64,000 nucleotides of DNA from Acidimicrobiia bacterium. GTDB lineage: Bacteria > Actinomycetota > Acidimicrobiia > Spongiisociales > Spongiisociaceae. Below are positions 48,659 to 59,362 of this stretch, one piece after another. The notes under the pieces were generated by a model. The model did not search any database, was not told the origin of the DNA, and saw nothing but the letters and a program-made list of their open reading frames with translations. The position numbers and the translations under genes are program-made. The number at the start of each line of letters is the position of its first letter. The first letter of the stretch is position 1. The DNA lies in the NCBI GenBank assembly GCA_041576165.1, contig JBFGLM010000024.1, positions 10,481 to 74,480 on the forward strand, given 5' to 3'.

Positions 48659-49924
48659 TCACCGCCGATCGGCCTGTTCCCCGTGCCCCTGATCCGTCGC
48701 CTCGTCGGGCTCTACTTGAAGATAGCGGCCATCGATAGACGCCACAGTGACCGGATCCCCTTTCCGGATGCCGGCTTCTCGGTGAGCAGCAGCCAGCCAG
48801 CGGGCGCCGTCCACGTCCACCTCCCCGTTCGGGCCGAAGTCGGTGAGTGCTGTCCCGGAGCGTCCGATCAGGTGCTCGCGCCCGAGCGTCGGCGTCGAAA
48901 AACGGGCACGGGCCACGGTCGTCATCGCAAACAGGTAGAACAGGACCACCGACGCGGCCGTCGCAACGACGGCCCACCAGCGGGGCACGATCTGCGGGGC
49001 GCCGTCGGTGAAGAACAAGCCGCCGACGGCCAGCAGCGCACCGCCCAGCACCGTGAGCGGGAGCCGGGACCCGCGTTGGAACGCGAAAGTGAGCAGCCAC
49101 ATGCCGGCCAGGGTGACCACCACGGCCCACCACCGCAGCGGGAGCACGGCCAGTCCATAGCCGGAAAGGAGCAAGGTGAGCACCGCCACCCCCGCCGCCA
49201 CGCCGGGTCCGACGGCATAGAACTCGAAGGCCGCGATGGTCAAACCGGCCACCAAGAAAAAGAAGGCGGCCTCGGGTCGGATCGCCAGGCGCAGCGCCCG
49301 GGTACCCAGCCCCGGCTCGCGGAAGATCGTTTCGGCGGCGACAGTGGCGCCATCCAGCTCCTCGACCGTCTGCAACGTCACCGGTTGGCCCGCAACACTG
49401 ACGGCCCGTCCGTCCAGCTCCACCAGCAGGTTGTTGATAGTGGGAGCGAGGATATCGACCTGGGGCGGCAGCTCCGCGGTGACTCGCACTGCGCTGTCAT
49501 CAAGCGGGCTCGACGTCGTAGCAGAGATTGACCCACCGGCCACGAGCGGACGGCCGTAACCGATCTCGACTCCCGGCGCAGCCGCACCCACCGAAGCTGC
49601 TTCCAGCAGAGCCACGGTCGCGCCGTAGCCGGCGGCCGGTTGCGGCCCAACCCACACAACCACGGGCAGCGGGGGATCTGCAATCAGCTCCACAACCCGC
49701 TGCACGTCACCCGTCAACGCGCCGGGCGAGTCGATCTGGACGATGGCGACCGGGGCCCCGCGGGAGGCCGCGTCCCGCACGGCATCTTCCAGAAACGTGA
49801 CTGCCAGGGGATCGATGGGACCAGAGATATCGATCACTTCGACGGGGGCGTCTCCCTGAGCTGCGACGGAACCCACGCCCAGCGCCGCGAGAATCAGGGC
49901 CAACGTCAGTCTGATCGGGGACAT
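48659..49924 (-). CDS. nfeD: long NfeD-family membrane protein (ClpP-like, TM and OB domains)
   Basis: ISGPIDP, IDSPG, PVVVWVGP, TM bundle, C-terminal G.ALTD..P.GEV.VDG.RW OB fold. Confidence 0.85.
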   Translation of the reverse strand: MSPIRLTLALILAALGVGSVAAQGDAPVEVIDISGPIDPLAVTFLEDAVRDAASRGAPVAIVQIDSPGALTGDVQRVVELIADPPLPVVVWVGPQPAAGYGATVALLEAASVGAAAPGVEIGYGRPLVAGGSISATTSSPLDDSAVRVTAELPPQVDILAPTINNLLVELDGRAVSVAGQPVTLQTVEELDGATVAAETIFREPGLGTRALRLAIRPEAAFFFLVAGLTIAAFEFYAVGPGVAAGVAVLTLLLSGYGLAVLPLRWWAVVVTLAGMWLLTFAFQRGSRLPLTVLGGALLAVGGLFFTDGAPQIVPRWWAVVATAASVVLFYLFAMTTVARARFSTPTLGREHLIGRSGTALTDFGPNGEVDVDGARWLAAAHREAGIRKGDPVTVASIDGRYLQVEPDEATDQGHGEQADRR

Positions 49925-50035
49925 GGCGCGGCATGTTAGGGCGGGGAGCAGGAGCTGCCGCCGCCGCCTGTGCAGGCGACAGCAGGAGGGAACGTACGGT
50001 TATTCCAGGCTCGGTGCCGCCGGTATGCTCTGCCC

Positions 50036-50413
50036 ATGGCAAGAGTCTTGCTGGTAGCCGACGCCGCCTGGGTTCGCAATCAAACGCTGGCGGCCCTCGG
50101 CGGACCCGAGCACGAAATCACTGAGGTGGCAGATCCGCGCCTCGTGCTGGACGAGGCGGCTGAAGCCGATTCCGAGATTGCAATCATCGACATGCAGATC
50201 GGGAGCATGGGTGGCATGGCCCTCACCCGCACCCTGAAGGACGGGGCGATGGCAGGTGACGTCGCTGCAATGCCGATCCTCTTGTTGCTCGATCGCTCGG
50301 CAGATGTGTTCCTGGCGCGTCGGGCAGGCGCCAGCGCCTGGCTCGTCAAGCCCTTCACTCCCCAGGATCTACGCACCACGGTGGATTCGCTGCTGGGAGC
50401 CAAACACCCGTGA
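50036..50413 (+). CDS. single-domain response regulator (atypical receiver)
   Basis: RVLLVAD, IIDMQI..MGG, AGASAWLVKPF; TATGCT 6 nt before ATG. Confidence 0.82.
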   Translation: MARVLLVADAAWVRNQTLAALGGPEHEITEVADPRLVLDEAAEADSEIAIIDMQIGSMGGMALTRTLKDGAMAGDVAAMPILLLLDRSADVFLARRAGASAWLVKPFTPQDLRTTVDSLLGAKHP

Positions 50414-50451
50414 GGACCGGGCATACGCCCGTTCGTGCCCGCTGAGGACTG

Positions 50452-51729
50452 ATGCTCGGAACCAGCAGCTCGCTCCTGATCGTGTTCGGGGTCTGCGTCC
50501 TGGCCTCGGGGTTCCTGTCGGGAAGCGAGACCGCGCTCACTGCGATTCCACGGGAACGGGTCCACCTGCTGGCCGAGCTGGGCGGCCGGGGCGCACACCT
50601 GGAGGAGCTCACCGGCGACCCCGATCGCACTCTGAGCACGATCCTGGTTGCCAACAACTTCGTCAACATCCTGGCCACATCCGTCGCAACTGTGATCGCT
50701 ATCGACCTGGTCGGCGAGGCGTGGGGACCGATCGTTTCGACCGTGGCGGTCACAGCGCTGATCCTAGTGATAGGCGAGGTCACCCCCAAGACACTGGCGG
50801 CCCGGCGGCCCGAGCAGTTCGCCATGATCGTGGCGACCCCCATTTGGTTCTTGGCCCGCGTGCTCGACCCGATTTCGCGGGTGTTCGTCGCCCTCGGACG
50901 CTTGATCCTGCGCCTCTTTGGGCTCAGGTCGGGCCACGACCGGGGCATCACCGAGGCCGACATACGAGCCATGGCTGTGCTGGGCGAGCGGGAAGGCCAG
51001 ATCGAAGCAGACGAGCGTGAGATCATCGAGTCGCTGTTCGAGGTGGGTGACCAGCCGGTACGCGAGGTCATGACGCCCCGGGTCGATGTAGCGGCGCTGG
51101 TAGCACCGGTTTCCAGCGAAGACGTCCGCCTGGCGGTTGCGGCCACCGGCCACTCCCGATTCCCGGTCGTGGCAGAAGGAGGTGACCTGGATTTCCTGCT
51201 CGGCGTCATCTACGCCAAGGACGTCTTCCGGTCGGACCGGGTGCTGAGCCCGGTGGAGGTTCACCGCCTGATCCGGGAGCCGTATTACGTGCCCGAAAGC
51301 CTGCCGGTGCTACGCACCCTCCGCGACCTGCGAGCGCGCAAGAAGAGCCTGGCCGTGGTCATGGATGAGCACGGCGGAGTGGACGGCCTGGTGACCGTCA
51401 AGGATCTGGTGGGTGAACTGGTCGGTGCGATCTCGGACGAGTACGACCCGGGGATCCCGACGTCGGTGCCGGCGGGTGAGGGTGCCTGGCTGGTCGACGG
51501 CCGGCTCCCGGCAGATGAACTAGAAGAGGAGCTGGGTGTTGATTTGCCCGAGGGCCCCTTCACCACGGTCGGGGGGCTCTACATGTACGTGTCGGGCAGA
51601 ATCCCGACGCCGGGCGAGAGGATCGACGTCAGCGGACTGCGCATGACCGTGCTCTCGATGCACAAGCGCCGAATCAACAAGCTGCGGATCGAACAATCGA
51701 CTGGCGACGCACTGCCCGCGTCTGGGTAA
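50452..51729 (+). CDS. CNNM/CorC hemolysin-family CBS-domain protein
   Basis: SGSETAL, ILVANN, GEVTPK, VREVMTPR, HSRFPV, DEHGG..GLVT..D, C-terminal CorC domain. Confidence 0.92.
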   Translation: MLGTSSSLLIVFGVCVLASGFLSGSETALTAIPRERVHLLAELGGRGAHLEELTGDPDRTLSTILVANNFVNILATSVATVIAIDLVGEAWGPIVSTVAVTALILVIGEVTPKTLAARRPEQFAMIVATPIWFLARVLDPISRVFVALGRLILRLFGLRSGHDRGITEADIRAMAVLGEREGQIEADEREIIESLFEVGDQPVREVMTPRVDVAALVAPVSSEDVRLAVAATGHSRFPVVAEGGDLDFLLGVIYAKDVFRSDRVLSPVEVHRLIREPYYVPESLPVLRTLRDLRARKKSLAVVMDEHGGVDGLVTVKDLVGELVGAISDEYDPGIPTSVPAGEGAWLVDGRLPADELEEELGVDLPEGPFTTVGGLYMYVSGRIPTPGERIDVSGLRMTVLSMHKRRINKLRIEQSTGDALPASG

Positions 51730-51783
51730 CATACCGGCTGTCCCCTGAGGACAGCACAAGTCGAATCCGCATCGGATCAATCA

Positions 51784-51860
<77 letters not shown>

Positions 51861-52016
51861 CATCGTCGAGGGGCCGGGCGCAAGCGTCGACCAACGGCAG
51901 CCCGGCAGTCCAAACCACAATCCGAATGTCTTGTGTCCCGGTGCCAAGCAACTCCGCCGTCCGACGGGCGGAGGCGCTGCTCGGCTGGGGGCCGTGGCAT
52001 CCACGTGATCCACCCG

Positions 52017-52424
52017 ATGACAGCGGAGATACCCATCCCTCTCGAACGGGATGACCGGCGGGTCACGCCGGACTCGGATGCACGGGGATTGGCTGTTGCG
52101 AACGGCGTAGATGAGAAGGTCGGCCAGCCTGAATTGCGCGGGTGGAAACGCGCAGTTCGATACGCGTTGCTGTATCTCGCGCACCATCGGCTGACCAACA
52201 AGCAATCGGATACGTCTGTCACATACACGATCTCCGACTACGGCAAACGAGTTCTCAATTCCGCTGAGGTGCGGAAGCGTTTCAGGGACGCATATGAGAA
52301 ACCACTCGTCCCGCTGGGGGATCAACGACCCGTAGGCCGTTCGCGCCTCGCTTGTGACGTTCGGGGAAGCGAGGTTTTCGCCATTTGGATCGCTCAGCCC
52401 AGTAGCTCCCGCAGGCCTCGGTAG
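52017..52424 (+). pseudogene. possible foreign gene fragment with Mrr N-terminal-like winged helix
   Basis: Locally A/T-richer; WKRAVRYALLYL...YTISDYGKRVL resembles the Mrr_N pattern; directly downstream of tRNA-Pro. Confidence 0.35.
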
Positions 52425-53197
52425 GCGGCTTCTGCGGCTCGCAGGTCGGACTCCCCCTGTTGGAGGGCGTAGCCGTCCGCCGGCCGCCGTAGGGCCTCCC
52501 GCGCCCGCTCCAAGGCCGCAGACGCGCGCTCGTAGGCCGCTGTTATGTCGGGCCGGCGGGCCGCCGCGGTCGGGCCGGCCGTGCCGGCCAACTCCGTTTC
52601 CATCATCCCGATCCGATCGGCGAGGTCGGCTCGACGCCGCTCGAGGGGGTCCGTGGCGCGGTCGTGACGCCGCCGGCGATCGTATACGTAACCACCGAGG
52701 GCTACGACCAGGATCAGGCCGGCGATCCCGGCGCCGATCACCGTCAGCGAACGTCCCGCATCCGAGGGGTCGAGGGCTGCGACCAGCGCCGCCGCCGCTT
52801 CCTCGGGGGTCCCGGCCTCCAGCACCGGCGCTACCGCCGACAGTGCCCGGTCCAGCCGCCTGGGATCGAACTCGCTGCTTGCCACCCCGTAGCCTCCCGG
52901 CGTGAAGAGGAGAATGGTGGCGCCTTCGATGAGGTTCCCGACCTCCACCGCCAGGGCTTGGGCGTCGCCCGGGTCGGCAAGCACCGCGATGCGAAGGTCG
53001 AGGTCGTACCGGCCGCCATCGGTAATGGCCCGGGTCAGTTTGGCGCGGTCCAGTTCGGCGACGCCCTCCTGCACGAACAGGCGATCGGCCTCGAGCGCGT
53101 CAGCAACCTCGGATGCCGGAATGGCAGCCGCCGGAGCCGCAGCGACCATGGCTACGACCACGGAGCTGATAACGAAACGCCGACCGGGGCCCGACAT
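52394..53197 (-). CDS. secreted/membrane hypothetical protein (TPM-like N-domain, TM, coiled C-terminus)
   Basis: Signal peptide, alpha/beta domain, TM at IGAGIAGLILVVALGG; TATCCT 7 nt before ATG. Confidence 0.65.
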   Translation of the reverse strand: MSGPGRRFVISSVVVAMVAAAPAAAIPASEVADALEADRLFVQEGVAELDRAKLTRAITDGGRYDLDLRIAVLADPGDAQALAVEVGNLIEGATILLFTPGGYGVASSEFDPRRLDRALSAVAPVLEAGTPEEAAAALVAALDPSDAGRSLTVIGAGIAGLILVVALGGYVYDRRRRHDRATDPLERRRADLADRIGMMETELAGTAGPTAAARRPDITAAYERASAALERAREALRRPADGYALQQGESDLRAAEAAYRGLRELLG

Positions 53198-53227
53198 GCG
53201 ACCCAGGATACGACCCGGGACCGTTAG

Positions 53228-54232
53228 CTACAGCTGTTCGGCGATCTGGACCGCGTTGAGGGCGGCCCCTTTGCGCAGGTTGTCGCCCACGACCCACAAG
53301 TTGACGCCACCCGTGTCTCCCACCGTGTCGCGGACCCTCCCCACCAGTACGTCATCGATCCCCGCCGAATCGAGCGGAGTGGGTGTCACGTCAGCCCAGA
53401 GCTCGATTCCGGGGGCTGAGGTCAAGATGTCCCGGGCCGTCGCTGCATCCAGCGGCTCGTCGAACAGCATGGTTGCCGCCAGGCCGTGGCCGACCATCAC
53501 CGGGACCCGGACGCAGGTCGGCTCGACCGCGATACCAGGCGCCTCCAGGATCTTGCGCGTCTCGTTGACGAGCTTCCATTCTTCATCGGTGTAGCCCCGG
53601 TCGGTGACGCTGCCGGCCATGGCCAGGACGTTGAACCCGATGGGGCGCTCGTAGAGGTCGTCCTGGGGGTCGACCCAGCCGCCCTGCTGCAGGGCCGCGC
53701 GGTCCTCCATGAGCGAACGGGTCTGGTCGTAGAGGACGTCCATACCCTGCATGCCCGACCCGGAGACGGATTGGTAGGAGGTCGCCACCATCCGACGCAG
53801 CCCGTACCGGCGGTGAAGAGGACCGGCCGCCATCATGAGCACCATCGTGGTGCAGTTCGGGTTGGCGATGATCCCATCGTGGCCGGCGATTGCATGGTCG
53901 TTGACCTGGGCGACTACCAGGGGGACGCTCGATTCCATCCGGAACGCCGACGAGTTGTCGACCACCGTGGCGCCGGCGGCTGCGAACCGGGGCGCATACT
54001 CCTTGGAGCGCGACCCGCCTGCCGAGAACAGGGCAACATCGATCCCGGTCGGGTCGGCGACCGCCAGGTCTTCCACCTCCACTTCGCCCCACCTGGTCGG
54101 TACCCTCGTTCCCGCCGACCGGGACGACGCAAATAGGCGGAGGTCCTTTACCGGAAAGTCGCGCGACTCGAGGATTGACAGCATGGTGCGGCCCACGGCG
54201 CCGGTGGCGCCGACTATGGCTGTGTTCTTCAT
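53228..54232 (-). CDS. asd: aspartate-semialdehyde dehydrogenase
   Basis: [57 protein letters not shown]. Confidence 0.97.
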   Translation of the reverse strand: MKNTAIVGATGAVGRTMLSILESRDFPVKDLRLFASSRSAGTRVPTRWGEVEVEDLAVADPTGIDVALFSAGGSRSKEYAPRFAAAGATVVDNSSAFRMESSVPLVVAQVNDHAIAGHDGIIANPNCTTMVLMMAAGPLHRRYGLRRMVATSYQSVSGSGMQGMDVLYDQTRSLMEDRAALQQGGWVDPQDDLYERPIGFNVLAMAGSVTDRGYTDEEWKLVNETRKILEAPGIAVEPTCVRVPVMVGHGLAATMLFDEPLDAATARDILTSAPGIELWADVTPTPLDSAGIDDVLVGRVRDTVGDTGGVNLWVVGDNLRKGAALNAVQIAEQL

Positions 54233-55461
54233 GCCCCCACCTCCTCGAAGACCATGGGTGGATCGAACTCGTCGTGTAGTGCCCGCACTGCCGCCTCGAC
54301 CCTATCGGCCCGCACCACGCAGGACACCCGAATTGTTGACGTGGAGATCATCTCGACGTTGATACCGGCGTCGGCCAGGGACCGGAACACCCGGGCGGCG
54401 ACTCCCGGGTGTGACTTCATCCCCGCCCCGACCAGGGACACCTTCCCGATCCCGGGGTCGACATCTGCCCGGGCGCCTCCCATGTGCGAGGCGACGCGCG
54501 CGGAGACCTCGAGCGCTCGGTCGGCGTGGTATTTGGGAACCGTGAAGCTGATGTCGGTGTGTCCATCGCTCGAGACGTTCTGCACGATCATGTCCACATT
54601 GACGCCGTCAGCAGCAAGCGGTTCGAAGAGGGCAGCAGCCACCCCCGGTTGATCAGGCACGCGGTGGACGGTCACCTTCGCTTCGGACGTGTCGTGCGCG
54701 ATGCCGCTGATGATTGCCTGTTCCATCGTCTCCTCTTTCACCCAGGTGCCTTCACCGTCGTGAAACGACGATCGCACGTGAATCGGCACGTTGAACCGCC
54801 GGCCGAACTCGACCGAGCGGGCCATCAGCACGCCCGCTCCTGACGCCGACAACTCCAGCATTTCCTCAAATGAGACTTCGTCCAGTTTGCGGGCGTGGGG
54901 CACCACTCGAGGGTCGGCCGTGTAAACGCCCTCGACATCCGTGTAGATCTCACAGGCGTCAGCCTGGTGGGCGGCGGCCAGCGCTACCGCTGTCGCATCC
55001 GATCCGCCCCGCCCGAGCGTGGTGATCTCCTTCGACTCCGGATCCACGCCCTGGAAGCCAGCGACGATGACCACCCGCCCATGGTCGAGACCCTCTCGCA
55101 CCCGGGTGCCCCGAATGTCGGTGATCTTGGCCTGACCGTGCGCAGCATCGGTCATGATGCCCGCCTGGGAACCGGTCAGGCTCATTGCATCAATTCCTTC
55201 TTCGTGCAGCGCCATCGCCACCAGCGCCATCGAGATCCGCTCGCCAGCCGTCAACAGCATGTCCATCTCTCGTCTGGGCGGATCAGGGGTGATCTTGCCC
55301 GCCAGGTAGATCAGCTCGTCGGTGGTCTTGCCCATGGCAGATACGACAACGATCACCTCGTTGTTGCTGCGTTTGGTCTCAGCAATGCGCGCGGCCACAT
55401 GCTTGATGCGGTCGGGGTCGCCGACAGACGTGCCGCCAAATTTCTGAACGATCAGGGCCAT
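54229..55461 (-). CDS. ask: aspartate kinase (alpha subunit; in-frame beta subunit probably from ATG 54726)
   Basis: [38 protein letters not shown], two ACT domains; GAGGAG before internal MEQAIISG. Confidence 0.96.
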   Translation of the reverse strand: MALIVQKFGGTSVGDPDRIKHVAARIAETKRSNNEVIVVVSAMGKTTDELIYLAGKITPDPPRREMDMLLTAGERISMALVAMALHEEGIDAMSLTGSQAGIMTDAAHGQAKITDIRGTRVREGLDHGRVVIVAGFQGVDPESKEITTLGRGGSDATAVALAAAHQADACEIYTDVEGVYTADPRVVPHARKLDEVSFEEMLELSASGAGVLMARSVEFGRRFNVPIHVRSSFHDGEGTWVKEETMEQAIISGIAHDTSEAKVTVHRVPDQPGVAAALFEPLAADGVNVDMIVQNVSSDGHTDISFTVPKYHADRALEVSARVASHMGGARADVDPGIGKVSLVGAGMKSHPGVAARVFRSLADAGINVEMISTSTIRVSCVVRADRVEAAVRALHDEFDPPMVFEEVGA

Positions 55462-55587
55462 GACCCGGGGAAGTGTATTGACGTAACGGGTATCTACGAA
55501 TCAACCTCGTGCCGGCGGCGACACTCCGTCCGCGACCGGCCCCTCTCCATATGTCTTCGTGTGGTGCCACTCCTACAATCTTTCCCC

Positions 55588-56424
55588 ATGCCCACCGATA
55601 AAAGGGAACGCCAGCGGATCAACCGGGCGGCCAAGCTGGCCGCCCAACAGAAACGGGAGCGACGCGAGAAGACGCGCCGCACTGTGACGCGGTGGTCGAT
55701 CATCGCGCTCATCGTTGTCGGCGCGTTGTACATCTTCAGCCTCCGCGGAGGTGACGACACCGCCACCGAGGACCCGGAGAGCAGCACGCTCGCCACGGAT
55801 CCGGCCGCCACCACTTCGGTGACTGTTGCCGGGCCCGACAGCTATGCCGCGTATCGGGCCCAGCCGACCGCTTGTGGGGGCGAGCCGCCGCCCGCACTCA
55901 CTGAGATGTCATTCGACGGGCCCGAGGACGAGGGTCTCAGCGGGAGCCTCGAAGCAGTCGTGACAACCTCATGCGGCGACATCACCATCGCGCTCGACGC
56001 CGACGCCTATCCCGAGACGGTCAACAGCTTCGTGTTCCTGGCCCGTCAGGGCTTTTTCGATGGCACCGCCTGCCACCGGTTCCTCGATGGCTTTGTCTTG
56101 CAGTGTGGCGACCCGACCGCCACCGGGAGGGGCGACGCAGGGTACGAGATCCCGGACGAATTCCCCGATGATTCATTTGTGTATGGCCGCGGCGTGGTGG
56201 CGATGGCCAACGCCGGTCCCGGCACCACAGGCAGCCAGTTCTTCATCGTGACGGGCGATGCCGGCGCGCTACCCCCTCAATTCTCGATCCTGGGAGAAGT
56301 GGTGGGCTCTGACCAGACGCTCACCGCTCTCGACGACGTCCCGCGTGGTAGCCAGGCGGCCACCGGCGAGCCGAGTGCGCCGCTCGAGACCATCTATATC
56401 GAGCAGATCGAGATCGTGAGCTGA
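55588..56424 (+). CDS. ppiB: membrane-anchored cyclophilin-type peptidylprolyl isomerase
   Basis: Basic N-terminus, TM, PETVNSFVFLA..GFFDG..CHR, QCGDPTATG, AMANAGP.T.GSQFFI; TACAAT 8 nt before ATG. Confidence 0.9.
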   Translation: MPTDKRERQRINRAAKLAAQQKRERREKTRRTVTRWSIIALIVVGALYIFSLRGGDDTATEDPESSTLATDPAATTSVTVAGPDSYAAYRAQPTACGGEPPPALTEMSFDGPEDEGLSGSLEAVVTTSCGDITIALDADAYPETVNSFVFLARQGFFDGTACHRFLDGFVLQCGDPTATGRGDAGYEIPDEFPDDSFVYGRGVVAMANAGPGTTGSQFFIVTGDAGALPPQFSILGEVVGSDQTLTALDDVPRGSQAATGEPSAPLETIYIEQIEIVS

Positions 56425-56482
56425 CCGGACCTGGTCGCACCGCGCTCCCGGCCCGTCACGGTCCGGCGTTACCCTCAGACCG

Positions 56483-57325
56483 ATGGCAGTTGATCTCCAC
56501 ACCCACTCGACATTCTCGGACGGATCGGACACACCGGCCGAGCTGATGTCGAAAGCTGCCCAGCTTGGATTGGAGGCAGTGGCGCTCACCGACCACGACA
56601 CGCTGGAAGGCATACCCGAAGCGGCGGCCGCCGCCCAGCACGCCGGGGTCGAGCTGATAGCCGGAACGGAGATCTCATGTGAGTGGCCTCCCGGCACGAT
56701 GCACCTGGTCGTTCTGTTTCTGGAGCCCGGCCCGGGTCCGCTCCAGGACCGGCTGCACGGCCTGCAGGAAGCCCGGAGCCGTCGAAATGAGGTCATCGTC
56801 GAGCGACTCCAACGGATGCAGATGGACATCACCCATGACGAGATCCTCGCCGAGGCCGGCGACGGGTCGGTGGGCCGCCCGCATTTCGCAGCCGTGATGG
56901 TTCGAAAGGGATATGCCACGGATATTCCGGCAGCATTCGACGAGTACCTGGCGGCCGGCCGGCCCGCATACGTTGCTCGCGAACGCCTCGGCCCGGAGGA
57001 CGCCATCCGCCTGTCGCTGGCATCAGGCGGCGTGCCGATCGTGGCCCATCCCCACACGCTCGGCTTGGACACTGCGGTCGAGTTCGCGGAGACTTTCGAG
57101 ATGCTCCAGGATGCCGGCCTGGTCGGGGTGGAATGCATTTACGGTGAGTACGAACCGTACGAGCAGGCCATCTACACCGACCTGGCCCGCCGGTTCGGGC
57201 TCACGCCATCCGGCGGTTCTGACTACCACGGAACCTACAAAGAGGGCCTGGAACTCGGTAGCGGCCGGGGCTGGTTGAACATCCCCATGCAGGTGCTCGA
57301 TGAGCTGAGAGCCGCCGTGCCGTGA
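56483..57325 (+). CDS. PHP-domain phosphoesterase (TrpH/YciV-like)
   Basis: DLHTHSTFSDG, LTDHDT, GTEIS, GRPHFA, AHP, GGSDYHG. Confidence 0.9.
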   Translation: MAVDLHTHSTFSDGSDTPAELMSKAAQLGLEAVALTDHDTLEGIPEAAAAAQHAGVELIAGTEISCEWPPGTMHLVVLFLEPGPGPLQDRLHGLQEARSRRNEVIVERLQRMQMDITHDEILAEAGDGSVGRPHFAAVMVRKGYATDIPAAFDEYLAAGRPAYVARERLGPEDAIRLSLASGGVPIVAHPHTLGLDTAVEFAETFEMLQDAGLVGVECIYGEYEPYEQAIYTDLARRFGLTPSGGSDYHGTYKEGLELGSGRGWLNIPMQVLDELRAAVP

Positions 57326-58908
57326 CCGAACCGCGGTCCCTCGGGAGCCGCATGGGCCGGGCGGCCGTCCTGGTCGCGAGCGGGGTGCTCGTCTCGCGCC
57401 TGGCCGGCCTGCTTCGTGACATCATCCTGGCGGACCGCCTGGGAGACACACCCCAAGGTGATGCCTACGACGCCGCGTTTCTGATCCCTGACTACCTCAA
57501 CTACCTGTTGGCGGGGGGGTTTCTGGCGATCACGTTCATTCCCATCATCAGCCGCCACCTTGCGCACAACGATCGGGATGGGGCGTGGCGCGCCTTCTCG
57601 GCGGTATTTCGACCGATCGCGCTCCTAATCGTGGTCCTGACGGTGCTGGCGATACTGGCCGCCGGTCCGCTGGTCGAAATGGTCTACGGTTGGGTCGGGG
57701 GTTTCGACGGCGGACAGATCGATGAGGTCGCTCGGCTCACCCGACTGGTGCTGCCCGCACAGATCTTCTTTGTGTTGGGCGCGTTGTTCACGGCCGTCCA
57801 GTACGCCCACGAAAAGTTCTTCATACCCACCCTCGCCCCCATCATCTACAACGTCGGGATCATCGCCGGAGGCATCATTGGATCCCGGCCGGGTGAGCCC
57901 GACGCCACCGGCTTTATCGTCGGAGCGGTGGCCGGAGCGTTTGTCGGCAATTTCGCGCTGCAATGGTGGGGGGCCCGCCGGGTCGGTCTCAGATGGGTAA
58001 CCGGACAGCCACTGCTCGGACCGGATGTTCGGGAGTACCTTGCACTCGCCCTGCCACTGATGATCGGCCAATCCGTGGTCGTCCTGGACGAGTCGTTTAC
58101 ACGCGTGTTCGGGTCTCTCGGTGATCCCGGCTCAGTTTTTGCGTTGAGTCGGGCCCGACGGCTGAACATGCTGCCGATCGGTGTGATCGCGCAGGCGGCG
58201 GGGGTCGCGGCCTACCCGTTCCTGGCGCGGCTCGCCGCGGAGGGCAGACACCGCCAGATGGCGGCGGCGGTCGTCACGGCGCTGCGCTATGTGATCTTCG
58301 CCGGTATCGCAGCCACCGCCGTGGTGCTGGCCGTGGCCCAGCCTGGGGTTCGCGTGGTGCTCCAGCGTGGCGCCTTCACGGCCGAGGGGACCGCAGTCGC
58401 GGCCGGGGCTCTGGCGCTGTACGCCTTGAGTATTCCGGCGTGGGGCGCGCAGCAGGTGTACGCCCGCGGGTTCTACGCCCTGCGGCGCATGTGGATGCCG
58501 GTCGGGGTGGGGAGCGCATGGACTGTGCTGGCCATCCCGCTCTTCTTTGCCCTGCACGCCTCGCTCGGAGTTCTCGGCGTGGCACTGGCCAGCACTGTGG
58601 CAGTCGGAGGCTATGCCGCCACGTTGGGCGTCCTGTGGCACCGCACCGACGCCTCCGGCGCCGGTGCCGTGGTCTCATCTGGCGTCCGAGCGCTCGGCGC
58701 CGCGATACCCGCCGGATTGGCCGGCTGGCTGGTAGCCAGAACGGTCGGCGGGCCAGACGTACCGGGCTTCTGGCCCGGGCTGGCGGCCACCTCGGCCGGA
58801 GTCGTCGTTACGGTGGCCGTCTTCATGGGTGTTGGACTAGCGCTCAGAAGCCCGGAGCTTGGGGAGCTGCTCAAACGTGGAGACGGCCGCCCCGCAGCAC
58901 CCGACTGA
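57322..58908 (+). CDS. murJ: lipid II flippase MurJ/MviN
   Basis: SRLAGLLRD, DAYDAAFLIPD, AGGFL..FIP, RLNMLPIG, RGAF, ~14 TM. Confidence 0.9.
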   Translation: MTEPRSLGSRMGRAAVLVASGVLVSRLAGLLRDIILADRLGDTPQGDAYDAAFLIPDYLNYLLAGGFLAITFIPIISRHLAHNDRDGAWRAFSAVFRPIALLIVVLTVLAILAAGPLVEMVYGWVGGFDGGQIDEVARLTRLVLPAQIFFVLGALFTAVQYAHEKFFIPTLAPIIYNVGIIAGGIIGSRPGEPDATGFIVGAVAGAFVGNFALQWWGARRVGLRWVTGQPLLGPDVREYLALALPLMIGQSVVVLDESFTRVFGSLGDPGSVFALSRARRLNMLPIGVIAQAAGVAAYPFLARLAAEGRHRQMAAAVVTALRYVIFAGIAATAVVLAVAQPGVRVVLQRGAFTAEGTAVAAGALALYALSIPAWGAQQVYARGFYALRRMWMPVGVGSAWTVLAIPLFFALHASLGVLGVALASTVAVGGYAATLGVLWHRTDASGAGAVVSSGVRALGAAIPAGLAGWLVARTVGGPDVPGFWPGLAATSAGVVVTVAVFMGVGLALRSPELGELLKRGDGRPAAPD

Positions 58909-59245
58909 GCCTGCCCGGGCGGGCGTGCCGCCCCCGACTCTTCCGATGCGCACGACCGGCGACTCGAACCATGATCGCGATGACTCCAACGCTTCCGATG
59001 ACGAGCCCGGCGGCGGCCAGTGCGTGGGCCACCTGGGCGAGCAATATCATCGCCACCGCGGCAAGAAGGGTGGCGCCCAGCAACAGGCCGAACACCGGCC
59101 AGCTGCTGTGCCCCCGCCGCGATACGAGTGCCCGGCGCTGGCGGTCGCCAATCGGCCGCCCTTCGGCCCCCGCGAACCACGTCAGTTCTCCGGCCCCGCC
59201 GGTCTCTTCCGGATGTGTCACTTGCCCCGAATGTCGTGCCATCAT
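58871..59245 (-). CDS. small hypothetical membrane protein
   Basis: Two TM helices followed by a basic tail; overlaps the murJ 3' end. Confidence 0.4.
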   Translation of the reverse strand: MMARHSGQVTHPEETGGAGELTWFAGAEGRPIGDRQRRALVSRRGHSSWPVFGLLLGATLLAAVAMILLAQVAHALAAAGLVIGSVGVIAIMVRVAGRAHRKSRGRHARPGRLSRVLRGGRLHV

Positions 59246-59362
59246 GCCTGTTTTCGCCCCTGTTCCTGCCCCAGTGTCTTCTCATCTGATTTCGTCCCCC
59301 CGGCGCCGTTTCTTGAATCCCGGGCGGTGCTTCTTGCGCTGGATTGGGGCGGCAGCCGCTTT

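Noticed and set aside
54895-55587. Long N-terminal extensions in the ORF track (ppiB, response regulator 58859, dctQ 36210, selA 44942)
   Set aside because: They overlap opposite-strand genes or intergenic DNA; domain boundaries and -10/SD signals support the shorter starts used here
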